Positions 1 through 10,023 of a stretch of 64,000 nt of DNA are shown piece after piece. This DNA is from Patescibacteria group bacterium (GTDB lineage Bacteria > Patescibacteriota > Microgenomatia > 0-14-0-10-38-17), in assembly GCA_050953885.1 (NCBI GenBank), contig JBMNNJ010000001.1, positions 207,437 to 271,436 of the forward strand, read 5' to 3'. Positions within the stretch are counted from its first letter, which is position 1; each line of letters begins with the position of its first letter. Made by a program: the position numbers and the translations under genes. The notes beneath the pieces are model-generated. The model was not told the origin of the DNA and did not search any database. It saw nothing but the letters and a program-made list of their open reading frames with translations.

Positions 1-1
1 T

Positions 2-796
2 TTAAACAAGGACGATTATTCTTTTAAAATTATCAAACCATTAATTGAAAAACAAAATAAACCGCCAAAAATTATTACCTATTCGCTTAAAAAAGAAGCC
101 GATTTTAATCTTGATAATTTTCCGGTTAAAACCCGCCTGCCCGGAGACTATAATTTAGCCAATTGCCTTGCCGCGGCGGCGGCGGCCACTTCTTTGGGAA
201 TTAAAAAAGAAACCATTCTTGAGGCAATTGCCAGTTTTGAGGGAGTAACCGGAAGATTAGAGCCGGTTGTAAAAGGCCAAAATTTTGCCGTCTATGTTGA
301 TTTTGCTCATACCCCAAATGCCTTAAAAAACGTGCTTGGTTATCTGCGAAAAGAAGCCGATAGAAAAGGCGGCCGGCTTATCGCTGTTTTTGGCGCCGCG
401 GGTTTGCGCGACCGTCAAAAAAGACCCCAAATGGGCCAAATTGCCGCTCAATTAGCGGACATCAGTATTTTAACGGCGGAGGATCCTCGGACTGAAGATG
501 TTAATAACATTATTAACCAAATTAGCCGGGGAAGCAAAAAGGGAGGCGCAAAAGAAGCCACGGAGAAAAACCTGCTAACACTAAAAAATAAGAAACACTA
601 TTTTTTAAAAATCCCCGATCGGCGCGAAGCGATTAAAACCGCCGTTAAAATTGCCCAAAAAAATGATATTATTGTTCTTTGCGGCAAGGGGCACGAAAAA
701 TCAATGTGCTTTGGCGCCACCGAATATCCCTGGAGTGATAAAAAAGAGGCGGAGGAGACGATCAAACACGAATTAACACGAACAGGGAACGAATAA
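2..796 (+). CDS. murE: UDP-MurNAc-L-Ala-D-Glu--2,6-diaminopimelate ligase MurE, C-terminal part; 5' end lies outside the window
   Basis: Frame 2 is open from the window edge. Mur-ligase C-terminal motifs GVTGRLEPV, YVDFAHTPNAL, AVFGAAGLRDRQKRPQMG, TAEDPRTED. First gene of the dcw cluster. Confidence 0.75.
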   Translation, partial: LNKDDYSFKIIKPLIEKQNKPPKIITYSLKKEADFNLDNFPVKTRLPGDYNLANCLAAAAAATSLGIKKETILEAIASFEGVTGRLEPVVKGQNFAVYVDFAHTPNALKNVLGYLRKEADRKGGRLIAVFGAAGLRDRQKRPQMGQIAAQLADISILTAEDPRTEDVNNIINQISRGSKKGGAKEATEKNLLTLKNKKHYFLKIPDRREAIKTAVKIAQKNDIIVLCGKGHEKSMCFGATEYPWSDKKEAEETIKHELTRTGNE

Positions 797-819
797 ACGC
801 GAATGAGCGAATGGCTGGC

Positions 820-905
820 AAAGCACACAGGATACAACAGGATTAAAAACGGGATTTAACGGGATTTATCCTGTTTTATCCCGTAAACATCCTGTTTAAT
901 CCTGT
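820..905. repeat. family H long hairpin repeat (AAAGCACACAGGAT ... ACAGGAT/ATCCTGT tracts), copy 1 after murE
   Basis: Homologous to 6037-6125 after murF. Both fold as long imperfect hairpins. Confidence 0.7.
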
Positions 906-946
906 ATACTTCTTTAACAATGAAGCAATGAAACAATGTAGCAATC

Positions 947-2404
947 ATGTTCCGGGTCTCTTGTATCGTGTATCATAAAATTATGCCTAAGCCCCTAATC
1001 CTGGAAAATATCCATACTGTTCACCTTACCGGCATCAAAGGGGTGGGAATGACCGCCCTGGCTTGTTGTTTTCAGGATTTGGGGGTAAAAATAACGGGAA
1101 GTGACGTGGCAGAAGTTTTTGTTACCGACGAGGTTTTAAAAAAACGCCAAATTAGCTTTAAAATTGGTTTTAGCGCTAAAAACTTAGGAAACCCTGATTT
1201 GCTGATTACCACCGGCGCTCATGGGGGCCTTTTAAATCCCGAAGTAAAAGCGGCTAAAAAAAGAGGTATTCCGATAATGACTCACGGCGAAGCTCTAGGC
1301 TTCCTAATGAAAGGGAAAAGGGGCATTTCTTTTTGCGGGGTAGGGGGCAAATCAACCACGAGCGCGATGGCGGCGACTGTTTTGGATCACGCCGGCCTCG
1401 CACCTTCCTACGCCGTGGGGGTGGCGGAAATTTTTCCCCTCGGTTTTCCGGGGCGATTTGAAAAAAAAGGTAAATTTTTCGTTGCCGAAGCAGACGAGTA
1501 CGCCACCTGCAAGGGCGTCGATCCGCGGCCTCGTTTTTTCTGGCAAAATCCGGAATTTATTATCTGCACTAATATTGAATACGATCATCCGGATATTTAC
1601 CCAAATCTTGCCGCCACTAAAAAAACTTTTCTTCGCTTTTTCCAAAAAATTCCCCCCGACGGTTTTTTAATTATTAACGGCGATAATCCTAACAACCGAG
1701 ACGTTTTAAAATCCTATCGGGGAAATGTTTTCACCTATGGCAGAGGAGAAAAAAATCAATGGCAAGTAAAAAATATTATTTACCAAGAAAGAAAAAGCCT
1801 TTTCTCCCTTTATTATCAAAATAAAAAAGAGGCCTCATTTTTCCTTTCTATCCCCGGAGAATACAATATATTGAATGCCACTGCTACCATCATTTTAGGA
1901 AAAACTTTAGGTTTATCATATAAAATAGTAGGGGAGGGAATTAAGAAATTTAAGGGGACAAAAAGACGTTTTGAAAAAATTGGCGAGAATCACAGAATTG
2001 CCGTTTATGACGATTATGCTCATCACCCCAGCGAAATTAAAGCCACCCTTAGGGCGGCCAGAAAATGGTTCGGACCTGCCAAAAGATTAATTGCCATTTT
2101 TCAGCCTCACACTTTTTCCCGAACAAAATATCTTTTAAAAGATTTTGGCGCTGCTTTTAAAGATGCTAATATTGTTGTTATCGCTCCCATTTACGCCTCT
2201 GCCCGCGAAGAAAAAGATCCGTCAATTACTCCCGTCGTTCTTGCCCAAGAAATTAGCAAACACCAGAAAGGAGTATATTTTGTAAACAACCTGAAAGAGC
2301 TTACTCCTTTGATTAAAAAAATTGCTCAAAAGGGCGATATTGTCTTTACCATTGGCGCTGGTGATATTTGGAAGATAGGCAAAGAACTATTAAAAAATAA
2401 CTAA
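947..2404 (+). CDS. murC: UDP-N-acetylmuramate--L-alanine ligase MurC; the true start is probably the ATG at 983
   Basis: N-terminal HLTGIKGVGMTALA (MurC Rossmann motif), GKSTTSAM P-loop, DDYAHHPSEI C-terminal ligase motif. Sits in the dcw cluster. Confidence 0.85.
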   Translation: MFRVSCIVYHKIMPKPLILENIHTVHLTGIKGVGMTALACCFQDLGVKITGSDVAEVFVTDEVLKKRQISFKIGFSAKNLGNPDLLITTGAHGGLLNPEVKAAKKRGIPIMTHGEALGFLMKGKRGISFCGVGGKSTTSAMAATVLDHAGLAPSYAVGVAEIFPLGFPGRFEKKGKFFVAEADEYATCKGVDPRPRFFWQNPEFIICTNIEYDHPDIYPNLAATKKTFLRFFQKIPPDGFLIINGDNPNNRDVLKSYRGNVFTYGRGEKNQWQVKNIIYQERKSLFSLYYQNKKEASFFLSIPGEYNILNATATIILGKTLGLSYKIVGEGIKKFKGTKRRFEKIGENHRIAVYDDYAHHPSEIKATLRAARKWFGPAKRLIAIFQPHTFSRTKYLLKDFGAAFKDANIVVIAPIYASAREEKDPSITPVVLAQEISKHQKGVYFVNNLKELTPLIKKIAQKGDIVFTIGAGDIWKIGKELLKNN

Positions 2405-2433
2405 TCAAACAACCCCCGGCGTTACTATCTAAA

Positions 2434-3363
2434 ATGATAAAAAATAAAGAAAAAATTACCGTCAAACTTAAAAAAGCCTTAGGAGTAGAAAAAGTAAAAG
2501 AAAACGTTCTTTTGGCTCCCTTGACTACCTTTGGCATTGGCGGACCAGCTTTTTGGTTTATCACCGCCGGGAACAAAAAAGAAATCCTTGAAGCAATAAA
2601 AGCAAGCCGCGAGCTTAAAATTCCTTATTTTATCCTGGGAGGAGGATCAAATATTTTAATCGCCGATCAAGGATTTCCCGGTTTGGTAATTAGGATTAAG
2701 AATGAAGGCTTAACCATTAAGGGAACAAAAATTGCCGTTGAGGCGGGATTACCGCTGGCAAAATTAGTAGAAATTGCCCAAAAAAACTTACTTAGCGGCC
2801 TTGAATGCGGTGTTGGCATTCCAGGCACCGTCGGCGGAGCTGTTTGCGGTAATGCTGGCACCCGCGAAGAATGGATTGGACAAAAAGTCGCCAAGGTGAG
2901 TATAATAGACAAGAAAAATAAAATTGCTCATTTAAATAATCGTGACTGCAAATTTTCTTACCGGGAGAGTCGGTTTAAAAATAATCCCCAAGAAGTAATT
3001 TTGGAAGCTGTTTTTAACTTAAAGAAAGAAAAAAGAGAGGTTATTGAACAAAAAATTAAATCATTTTTAGAGGCGCGGGGAAACCAGCCCAAAGAAAAAA
3101 GCGCCGGCTCGGTTTTTAAAAATCCTCCCGGCGATTCAGCCGGAAGGCTAATTGATCAGGCCGGTCTTAGGGGTAAAAAAATTGGTCAAGCGCAAATTTC
3201 CAAAAAACACGCTAATTTTATTATTAACACCGGTGGCGCTAAAGCGGAGGAGGTGTTAAAACTTATAAGACTAGCCCAAAAAACAGTGAAAGAAAAATTT
3301 AATGTTAATCTGGAACTGGAAATAAAACTGGTGGGATTCAGTAATGAAACGACGAAAAAATGA
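2434..3363 (+). CDS. murB: UDP-N-acetylenolpyruvoylglucosamine reductase MurB
   Basis: FAD-binding N-terminal domain (LAPLTTFGIGGPA...), C-terminal GSVFKNPPG and AGRLIDQAGLRG motifs typical of MurB. Confidence 0.85.
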   Translation: MIKNKEKITVKLKKALGVEKVKENVLLAPLTTFGIGGPAFWFITAGNKKEILEAIKASRELKIPYFILGGGSNILIADQGFPGLVIRIKNEGLTIKGTKIAVEAGLPLAKLVEIAQKNLLSGLECGVGIPGTVGGAVCGNAGTREEWIGQKVAKVSIIDKKNKIAHLNNRDCKFSYRESRFKNNPQEVILEAVFNLKKEKREVIEQKIKSFLEARGNQPKEKSAGSVFKNPPGDSAGRLIDQAGLRGKKIGQAQISKKHANFIINTGGAKAEEVLKLIRLAQKTVKEKFNVNLELEIKLVGFSNETTKK

Positions 3364-3478
3364 TTCTGACTTTCGTCAGAATGACGTTTACGGAAGAATA
3401 ATGTTATTCGCTCATTCGTGTTAATTCGTTTTCATTCGTGTCAATTCGTGTGTCTTAACAGTTTAGTAATTTAACTCT

Positions 3479-4798
3479 ATGTCAAAATTCATCATCCGCG
3501 GCGGGAAACCATTGCAAGGGGCGGTTCGTTTAGGAGGAGCAAAAAACGTCAGTTTTAAAGTAATGATTGCCTCTCTTTTATGCGAAGGTCGTTCCCGGAT
3601 TTTGAACTTAGCCAAAATCGGCGATGTGGAAACAACGCGGAAAATAATTGAGGCTTTAGGAGCAAAAACTATCCCTTGCGGTGAACGGACCGTTTTTATT
3701 GATCCCAACGGCTTCTCTTCTTATCAAATTCCCGATCGCTTTGGCCCTTCCTCACGCGCTTCCATTCTTTTTGCTCCACCGCTTTTGAAAAAATTTGGCA
3801 AAGCCATTATTCCTTTCCCCGGCGGCGACAAAATTGGCCAGCGCCCCCTTGAACGCCATCTTTTGGGTTTTGAAAAATTAGGCGTGAGAGCAAAAAGCGC
3901 AAACAATCGCCTTTATCTTGAAGCCCCCCATGGTCTCCACGGCGCCACTTATCGCTTCGCTAAAAACACCCACACCGGCACCGAAAACTTAATCATGTTA
4001 GCCGTTTGCGCTCAAGGCGTTACTATTTTAGAAAATGCCGCCCAGGAAACAGAAATTGACGATTTAATTCTTTTCCTGAATCGCGCCGGGGGCAACATTA
4101 AAAGGCTGGCGGGAAGAAAAATCAAAATCATCGGTGTTCCCAAGCTTTCTGGCCAAACTCATTGGGTTATCCCTGATGCCAACGAAGCTGTTTCTTATGC
4201 CTGCGCCGCCTTAATAACCCAGGGAGATATTGCCATCGAAGGGGCTAAAACCAAAGACTTGATTGCTTTCCTTAAAAAAATCAGAGAAACGGGAGGCGAA
4301 TACGAAAGCAGTTCTTGGGGGATCCGATTTTGGTACGCCGGTCCTCTTCAGGCCACCAATGTGACCACCAAACCATACCCGGGCTTTAAAACCGACTGGC
4401 AACCACTTTGGACCACCTTAATGACCCAAGCCCAAGGTGTTAGCAAAGTAATTGAAACCGTTTATGAACAGCGCTTCGGTTTTGTTCCGGAGCTTGAAAA
4501 AATGGGAGGAAAATTCGCTTATTTTAATCCTAAGGTTAAAAACCCGGAAACATTTTACAACTTTAATTACGCCGAAAGCGATCCCAGGCTTTGTCATGGA
4601 CTTAAAATTTACGGTCCCGTCCCGCTTAAAGGAGCCCATCTTAAAACCGATGATCTGCGTCATGGCGCCACCTTAACCTTAGCCGCCCTTGCGGCAAAAG
4701 GGGAAACAATTATCGAAAACGCCGAAATTATCGACCGCGGCTATGAAGCGCTGGATTTAAAACTTAAAGAATTAGGAGGCAACATTAAAAGAATCTAG
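3479..4798 (+). CDS. murA: UDP-N-acetylglucosamine 1-carboxyvinyltransferase MurA
   Basis: MSKFIIRGGKPLQGAVRLGGAKN N-terminus, EPT-fold repeats, 439 aa. Confidence 0.9.
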   Translation: MSKFIIRGGKPLQGAVRLGGAKNVSFKVMIASLLCEGRSRILNLAKIGDVETTRKIIEALGAKTIPCGERTVFIDPNGFSSYQIPDRFGPSSRASILFAPPLLKKFGKAIIPFPGGDKIGQRPLERHLLGFEKLGVRAKSANNRLYLEAPHGLHGATYRFAKNTHTGTENLIMLAVCAQGVTILENAAQETEIDDLILFLNRAGGNIKRLAGRKIKIIGVPKLSGQTHWVIPDANEAVSYACAALITQGDIAIEGAKTKDLIAFLKKIRETGGEYESSSWGIRFWYAGPLQATNVTTKPYPGFKTDWQPLWTTLMTQAQGVSKVIETVYEQRFGFVPELEKMGGKFAYFNPKVKNPETFYNFNYAESDPRLCHGLKIYGPVPLKGAHLKTDDLRHGATLTLAALAAKGETIIENAEIIDRGYEALDLKLKELGGNIKRI

Positions 4799-4804
4799 TT
4801 TTTC

Positions 4805-6061
4805 ATGATTGGCGTTTTTAAAAATCTCTTCCATTGCCTTCAGCGTCTCGCCGCTAAAATATGGCGCGCTTTTTTTCCCAGTTTAATCGTTATTGGCGTT
4901 ACCGGCAGTTACGGCAAAACAAGCACCGTCCAGGCGATTAAGTTTGCCTTAGGAAAAAAATTTTCCCCTCTCACCACCGATATTAATTTGGATACGGTTT
5001 TTAATCTTCCCCTAACTCTTCTTAAAATTCGCCCCAAAAATAAAGCCCTAATTTTAGAATATGGCGTTGATCACCGGGGAGAAATGGAAGCTCACCTGCG
5101 CCTAATTCGACCCCAAATTGGCGTTTTAACCGGCATCAGTCCGGTTCATGCCGAAAAGGAATTGCTTGGCTCGCTTTCGGGGATCATTGAAGAAAAAGGA
5201 AAGCTTTTGGAAGCTCTTCCCAAAACCGGCTGGGCCGTTTTAAATTTTGCCAATCCCCATGTGCGTCAAATGGCTAAAAAAACAGAAGCAAAAATCGTCA
5301 GCTATGGCCAAAAAGGCGCCGATTTTTGGCTTAAAGATGCCAAAGTGAAACTTGGAGGAACTTCTTTCTTGGTTGGCCTACGACAAGGGGGAAAAGAAAA
5401 AGAGGTGAGAGTTAAAACCAAACTAATTGGTCGCCACTTTAGCGAGGAGATTATGGCCGCTTTGGCGGTAGCAAAAATTTTAGGCATAAAGGAAGAAAAA
5501 GCGGCGCGAAACTTGGAAAAACTAACAACCCTGCCGGGCAGAATGAGCTTGGAGAAAGGGCCTGAAGACACTCTTCTTCTTAATGATTCGTTACGAGCAA
5601 ATCCCGCTTCAACGCTCGCCGGTCTTAAAACCTTGGCTGAAATTCCCTACCGGGGCAGGAAAATTGCTGTTCTGGGGGAAATGGGAGAATTAGGGCAATA
5701 TCAAGAAAAAGAGCACCGACTGATTGGTCAAAAGTTGGCAAGTCTTGATATTGATTTTTTCATCGGGATAGGGGGCCTAACTCGCCTTGTCTGGGGAGAG
5801 GCAATCAAAAATGGCTTCCCTCAAAAAAAAGCTTTTTGGGCTAAAGACGTGGTTGAGGCCGCCCAAATTTTGGAAAAACTACTCAAAAAAGGAGACCTTT
5901 GGTATCTTAAGGGCTCACGCCTGCGCCACTTGGAACGAATTTTACTGCTTTTAAATCACGAAAGAGTTGATTGCCGATTAATTTCCTGTCATAATTATGA
6001 TCACTGTCGGGAATGCCCGAGACTAAAGCACACAGGATTAAACAGGATGTTTACAGGATAA
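4805..6061 (+). CDS. murF: UDP-MurNAc-pentapeptide synthetase MurF, with an unusual Cys-rich C-terminal tail
   Basis: VIGVTGSYGKTST P-loop and Mur-ligase middle and C-terminal domains. The last about 30 aa carry C-x4-C-x5-C-x2-C, and the ORF runs into an intergenic hairpin repeat. Confidence 0.8.
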   Translation: MIGVFKNLFHCLQRLAAKIWRAFFPSLIVIGVTGSYGKTSTVQAIKFALGKKFSPLTTDINLDTVFNLPLTLLKIRPKNKALILEYGVDHRGEMEAHLRLIRPQIGVLTGISPVHAEKELLGSLSGIIEEKGKLLEALPKTGWAVLNFANPHVRQMAKKTEAKIVSYGQKGADFWLKDAKVKLGGTSFLVGLRQGGKEKEVRVKTKLIGRHFSEEIMAALAVAKILGIKEEKAARNLEKLTTLPGRMSLEKGPEDTLLLNDSLRANPASTLAGLKTLAEIPYRGRKIAVLGEMGELGQYQEKEHRLIGQKLASLDIDFFIGIGGLTRLVWGEAIKNGFPQKKAFWAKDVVEAAQILEKLLKKGDLWYLKGSRLRHLERILLLLNHERVDCRLISCHNYDHCRECPRLKHTGLNRMFTG

Positions 6062-6125
6062 AACAGGATAAATCCTGTTCAATCCTGTCTTAAATCCCGC
6101 TGTATCCGTGTGCTTTCTATCACAA
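6037..6125. repeat. family H long hairpin repeat, copy 2; overlaps the murF 3' end
   Basis: Terminal inverted repeats AAAGCACACAGGAT / ATCCGTGTGCTTT. Confidence 0.7.
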
Positions 6126-6153
6126 TTTAACCAATTAGCCATTTAACTTTCTT

Positions 6154-7185
6154 ATGCGTTTTTTCCTAGGTTTAATCCTTATTTCCTTTGCGGCTACCAG
6201 CGCCGCCATTGTTCCTTTTATCAATCTTCTTTATCGGCTTAAATTTACCCGCCGTCCTCAAAAAACCCGCGACTTTTTGGGGAGGCGAACTCAAATTTTT
6301 GACCGGTTTCACCGGCAAAAAGCCGGCACTCCCTTGGGCGCCGGTATTCTCCTTATCGTCTTGATTAGTATTTTCTTCGCCGCCGCTTTTTTCTTTTCAA
6401 AAGCAACCGGCGTTTATATCACCAGCGTCTTTCCTATCACAGGAGAACTAAACGTTATTTTTTTCACTCTTTTTTCCTTCGGCCTTTTGGGTTTTTTTGA
6501 CGACTTTAAAAAGATTTTTAATCTTGAAGAAAAAGGCGTCTTTGGTTTGAGGTTGCGCGACAAGTTTCTCTTTCAATGGCTCTTGGCTTTTATCATCGCT
6601 TTCCTTCTTTACTATCAGTTGGGGATTAGTATTATTAACATCCCCTTTTGGGGAGTTTTAGATCTTGGCCTTGGCTACATTCCTTTGGCGGCTTTTATTA
6701 TTGTTGCTTTTACCAACGCCTTTAATATCACCGATGGTCTCGATGGCCTTGCCTGCGGTTTGCTTCTTATCTGCTTAGTCGCCTTTTGCTTCCTTTCTTT
6801 CCAAATTTTTGATACTCCCTTAACGATTCTCACCAGCATTTGGATAGGAGTTTTAATTGCCTTCCTTTATTTCAATGTCTATCCGGCGCGGGTTTTTTTG
6901 GGCGATACCGGCGCCATGGCCTTTGGGGCGCTCATGGCAGTGGTAGGTTTAATGTTGGGAAAAATTATTGCCTTGGCTTTTATCGGGGGAATTTTTATCT
7001 TAGAAGTAGGCTCCAGTCTTCTCCAAATGCTTTCCAAGGCCTGGCGGGGCAAAAAGATTTTCCGAGCGGCTCCCGTTCATCTTTGGTTGCAAGACCGCGG
7101 CTGGGAAGAGCCCAAGATTGTTATGCGCGCTTGGCTGGCTCAATTGGTTTTAGCAATTTTTGGCCTTTGGCTGGCTACTTTTTAA
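6154..7185 (+). CDS. mraY: phospho-N-acetylmuramoyl-pentapeptide transferase MraY
   Basis: Multi-TM protein with NAFNITDGLDGLA and VFLGDTGAMAFGA motifs. Confidence 0.9.
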   Translation: MRFFLGLILISFAATSAAIVPFINLLYRLKFTRRPQKTRDFLGRRTQIFDRFHRQKAGTPLGAGILLIVLISIFFAAAFFFSKATGVYITSVFPITGELNVIFFTLFSFGLLGFFDDFKKIFNLEEKGVFGLRLRDKFLFQWLLAFIIAFLLYYQLGISIINIPFWGVLDLGLGYIPLAAFIIVAFTNAFNITDGLDGLACGLLLICLVAFCFLSFQIFDTPLTILTSIWIGVLIAFLYFNVYPARVFLGDTGAMAFGALMAVVGLMLGKIIALAFIGGIFILEVGSSLLQMLSKAWRGKKIFRAAPVHLWLQDRGWEEPKIVMRAWLAQLVLAIFGLWLATF

Positions 7186-7194
7186 AACTTCAAA

Positions 7195-8514
7195 ATGGAA
7201 TGGAAAAACAAAAAGGTTTTGGTAATGGGGCTGGGCACTCATGGCGGAGGAGTGGGAACGGCGCGATATTTAGCCCAAAAAGGGGCAAAGGTGCGGGTAA
7301 CCGACTTAAAAACCGCCTCCCAATTAGCTTCTTCCCTTGAAAAACTTTCCTCCTTACCCATTAAATTTACTTTAGGCGAACATCGTCCCGAGGATTTTCT
7401 TGAAGCCGAGGTGGTGGTTCGCAATCCCGACGTTCCCCCAAACTCGCCTTTTTTGAAAATCGCCTACGAGCATGGCGCCAAAATTGAAATGGAAAGCAGT
7501 ATTTTTTTTGAAGAATTGCCTTCTTTGAAAACAATTGGCATCACCGGTACTAAAGGCAAAACCACCACCACCATGCTTGTCTACCAAATGCTTAAAGAGG
7601 CAGGAGAAAAAGTGGTGGTCGGCGGTAATTTGGAAATTTCCCTTTTGGAGCTTTTACCCCAAATTGACAAGGACACTTGGGTGGTAGCAGAACTTTCCTC
7701 CTGGCAGACAGAAGGGCTTGAAATTTGTCAGAAATCACCTCATATCGCCGTTATTACCAATATTTTTCCTGACCATCTTAATCGCTATCAAAAGATGGAA
7801 AAATATGTGGAGGCCAAAAAATTTATTTTAAAATATCAGGGCAAAAACGATTATAAGGTCCTTAATAAAAATAATCCCTATGCCCCAGAGTTAGCCCTTA
7901 CCTCGCCAAGCCAAAATTTTTTCTTTGAGAAAAAAAGTCTTAACCCTCAAATCCGCCAAGTGAACCCTCTTTTAGGCGAGCATAATTTGGAAAATCTTGC
8001 CGCCATGGAAACAGTGGGAAAAATTTTAGGAATAAAAACAGATAAAATTGTCAGGGCGGTTAAGCAATTTTCTCCCCCTCCCCATCGCCTGGAAAAGGTA
8101 AGAGAAATTAAAGGCATTACCTTTTACAATGACTCCGCCGCCACCAATCCTGACGCCGCCATCGCGGCCCTTGGTTCCTTTGGCAAAAGGCCAATTATTT
8201 GGATTTTGGGCGGGGCCGACAAGAATCTTAAATTTGAGAAATTGGCCTCCGCTTCCACCAAGGCCAATATTAAAGCAGCCATTCTTCTGAACGGAAGCGC
8301 TACTTTAAAAATAAAAGAGGCATTAGAAAAAACAAAAGTTGCCTTCCCTTTCTTTGGGCCTTTTGATGATTTTGAAAAAGCAGTTCAAAAAGCTTATCAA
8401 CTAGCGAGGGGAGGAGAGGTAGTGCTTTTATCACCCGGCGCGGCCAGCTTTGGCATGTTTAAAAACGAATTTGACCGAGGAGAAAAATTTAAAAAAATTG
8501 TTAATTCTTTATGA
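7195..8514 (+). CDS. murD: UDP-MurNAc-L-Ala--D-Glu ligase MurD
   Basis: KKVLVMGLGTHGGG Rossmann N-terminus, GITGTKGKTTTT P-loop, Mur-ligase C-terminal domain. Confidence 0.85.
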   Translation: MEWKNKKVLVMGLGTHGGGVGTARYLAQKGAKVRVTDLKTASQLASSLEKLSSLPIKFTLGEHRPEDFLEAEVVVRNPDVPPNSPFLKIAYEHGAKIEMESSIFFEELPSLKTIGITGTKGKTTTTMLVYQMLKEAGEKVVVGGNLEISLLELLPQIDKDTWVVAELSSWQTEGLEICQKSPHIAVITNIFPDHLNRYQKMEKYVEAKKFILKYQGKNDYKVLNKNNPYAPELALTSPSQNFFFEKKSLNPQIRQVNPLLGEHNLENLAAMETVGKILGIKTDKIVRAVKQFSPPPHRLEKVREIKGITFYNDSAATNPDAAIAALGSFGKRPIIWILGGADKNLKFEKLASASTKANIKAAILLNGSATLKIKEALEKTKVAFPFFGPFDDFEKAVQKAYQLARGGEVVLLSPGAASFGMFKNEFDRGEKFKKIVNSL

Positions 8515-9620
8515 AAAGAGAAAAAAAGGGAAAGGCCGATAAGATTCTTTTGGTACTAATTTTGGTTATTAGTCTTTTTGGCCTTTTGATGGTTGCCAAC
8601 GCTTCGGCGATTATCGCTCAAGAAAATTTTGGCGATCAGTTTTATTTTTTAAAACGGCAAGCCGCTTGGTGGGTTTTGGGGATAATTTCTTTAGCATTGG
8701 CAAGTCACCTAACTTCTCAACAATTAGAAAAAATCGCTTTCCCCCTTCTTTTTCTTTCTCTTGTTTTAACCACGGCCGTCCTGCTTCCGGGATTAGGCCA
8801 AGAAAAGCTGGGCGCCCGACGGTGGTTGGCTATTGGCGGCTTTACCTTTCAGCCAACAGAATTAACCAAACTGGCCATGGTTTGCTACGGCGCTTCTTTT
8901 TTTGCCTCACAAGAAAAAAAAGAAAAGAAAAATTTTGGACCTTTTTTGCTCATTACTTTATTGGCGGTCGCCTTGGCGATGGCCGGACCTGACTTGGGAA
9001 CAACGGTTGTTTTAGCCTCCACGGGTCTGCTTATTTGCTTTTTAGCCGGTATTTCTTCTTTTAAAATTTTTCTTCTTGCCCTTGCGGCCTTAATAGCAGG
9101 GGCGATTATGATCTTCACTTCTCCCTACCGGTATCAGAGAATGTTGACTTTTTTAAACCCTAATCAGGATTTACAAAAAACCTCTTATCATGTCCACCAA
9201 ATTCTGCTTTCTTTAGGTTCGGGCGGTCTTTTGGGCCAAGGCTTGGGGCAGGGAAAACAAAAATATGCCTATCTTCCGGAAGTGGCCACCGATTCTATTT
9301 TTGCCGTTATTGCCGAAGAGTTAGGCTTTATCGGCGCCACCGCGGTTATTATTCTTCTGGCCCTTTTGGTTTTTCGCTGTTTTAATATTGCCGCCAGAGC
9401 CGGCGATTTGAGGGGAAAACTGTTGGCGGGTGGAGTAGGGGGGTGGCTGGGAATTCAGACGCTAATTAATTTGGGAGGAATCGTTTCTCTTATCCCCCTA
9501 ACCGGCATTCCCCTGCCTCTTATTTCCTATGGCGGCTCCTCGCTTTTGGTCACCCTAACCGCCTTAGGATTAGTGCTGGGAGTTTCAAGAGAAAATAAAT
9601 TACTAAAATACACGAATTAA
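8511..9620 (+). CDS. ftsW: SEDS-family peptidoglycan glycosyltransferase FtsW; start overlaps the murD stop
   Basis: About 10 TM helices and SEDS motifs (PTELTKLAMV, SYGGSSLL). Located between murD and murG. Confidence 0.85.
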   Translation: MKREKKGKADKILLVLILVISLFGLLMVANASAIIAQENFGDQFYFLKRQAAWWVLGIISLALASHLTSQQLEKIAFPLLFLSLVLTTAVLLPGLGQEKLGARRWLAIGGFTFQPTELTKLAMVCYGASFFASQEKKEKKNFGPFLLITLLAVALAMAGPDLGTTVVLASTGLLICFLAGISSFKIFLLALAALIAGAIMIFTSPYRYQRMLTFLNPNQDLQKTSYHVHQILLSLGSGGLLGQGLGQGKQKYAYLPEVATDSIFAVIAEELGFIGATAVIILLALLVFRCFNIAARAGDLRGKLLAGGVGGWLGIQTLINLGGIVSLIPLTGIPLPLISYGGSSLLVTLTALGLVLGVSRENKLLKYTN

Positions 9621-10000
9621 CGCGAATGAGAAACGAATGGACACGAATGAGCGAATAACATTATTCTGCTGTAAGCGTCATCCTGATGAAAATCAGGATC
9701 GGTTTTAAAGCTTAACGCTTGAAACGCTTGAGGCTTGAATCGCTTGAATCGTTTAATGTTTTTACGTTTCAAACGTCTCATACATTTCAAGCATTTCACG
9801 CATGATTCTGAATCAAGTTCAGAATGACGCTAATCGTGGATGTCATCCTGACGAATCCACCAGCCGACGGATTAAAGTTAAAAGTTTTTTTTGTTCTACT
9901 TTTGAATTTTAACTTGTAATTTTGACTTTTAACTTTTGACTTTTAACTTTTTCTGTCCGCCCGCTGGCGGATGGCGCTTGTTTATTGCTTTTTACCAGTT
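9612..10000. repeat. composite repeat array (CGAAT-periodic unit overlapping the ftsW stop, hairpins, inverted family D unit, AAAGT tract, CCGCCCGCTGGCGG palindrome)
   Basis: The family D copy here is the reverse complement of those at 43314 and 45872. Confidence 0.8.
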
Positions 10001-10023
10001 ACTAATTTTAAACTCTATCTTTT

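Noticed and set aside
6840-7340. 166-aa ORF overlapping mraY and murD
   Set aside because: Alternate frame of two well-supported genes, Arg/Gly-rich shadow ORF.
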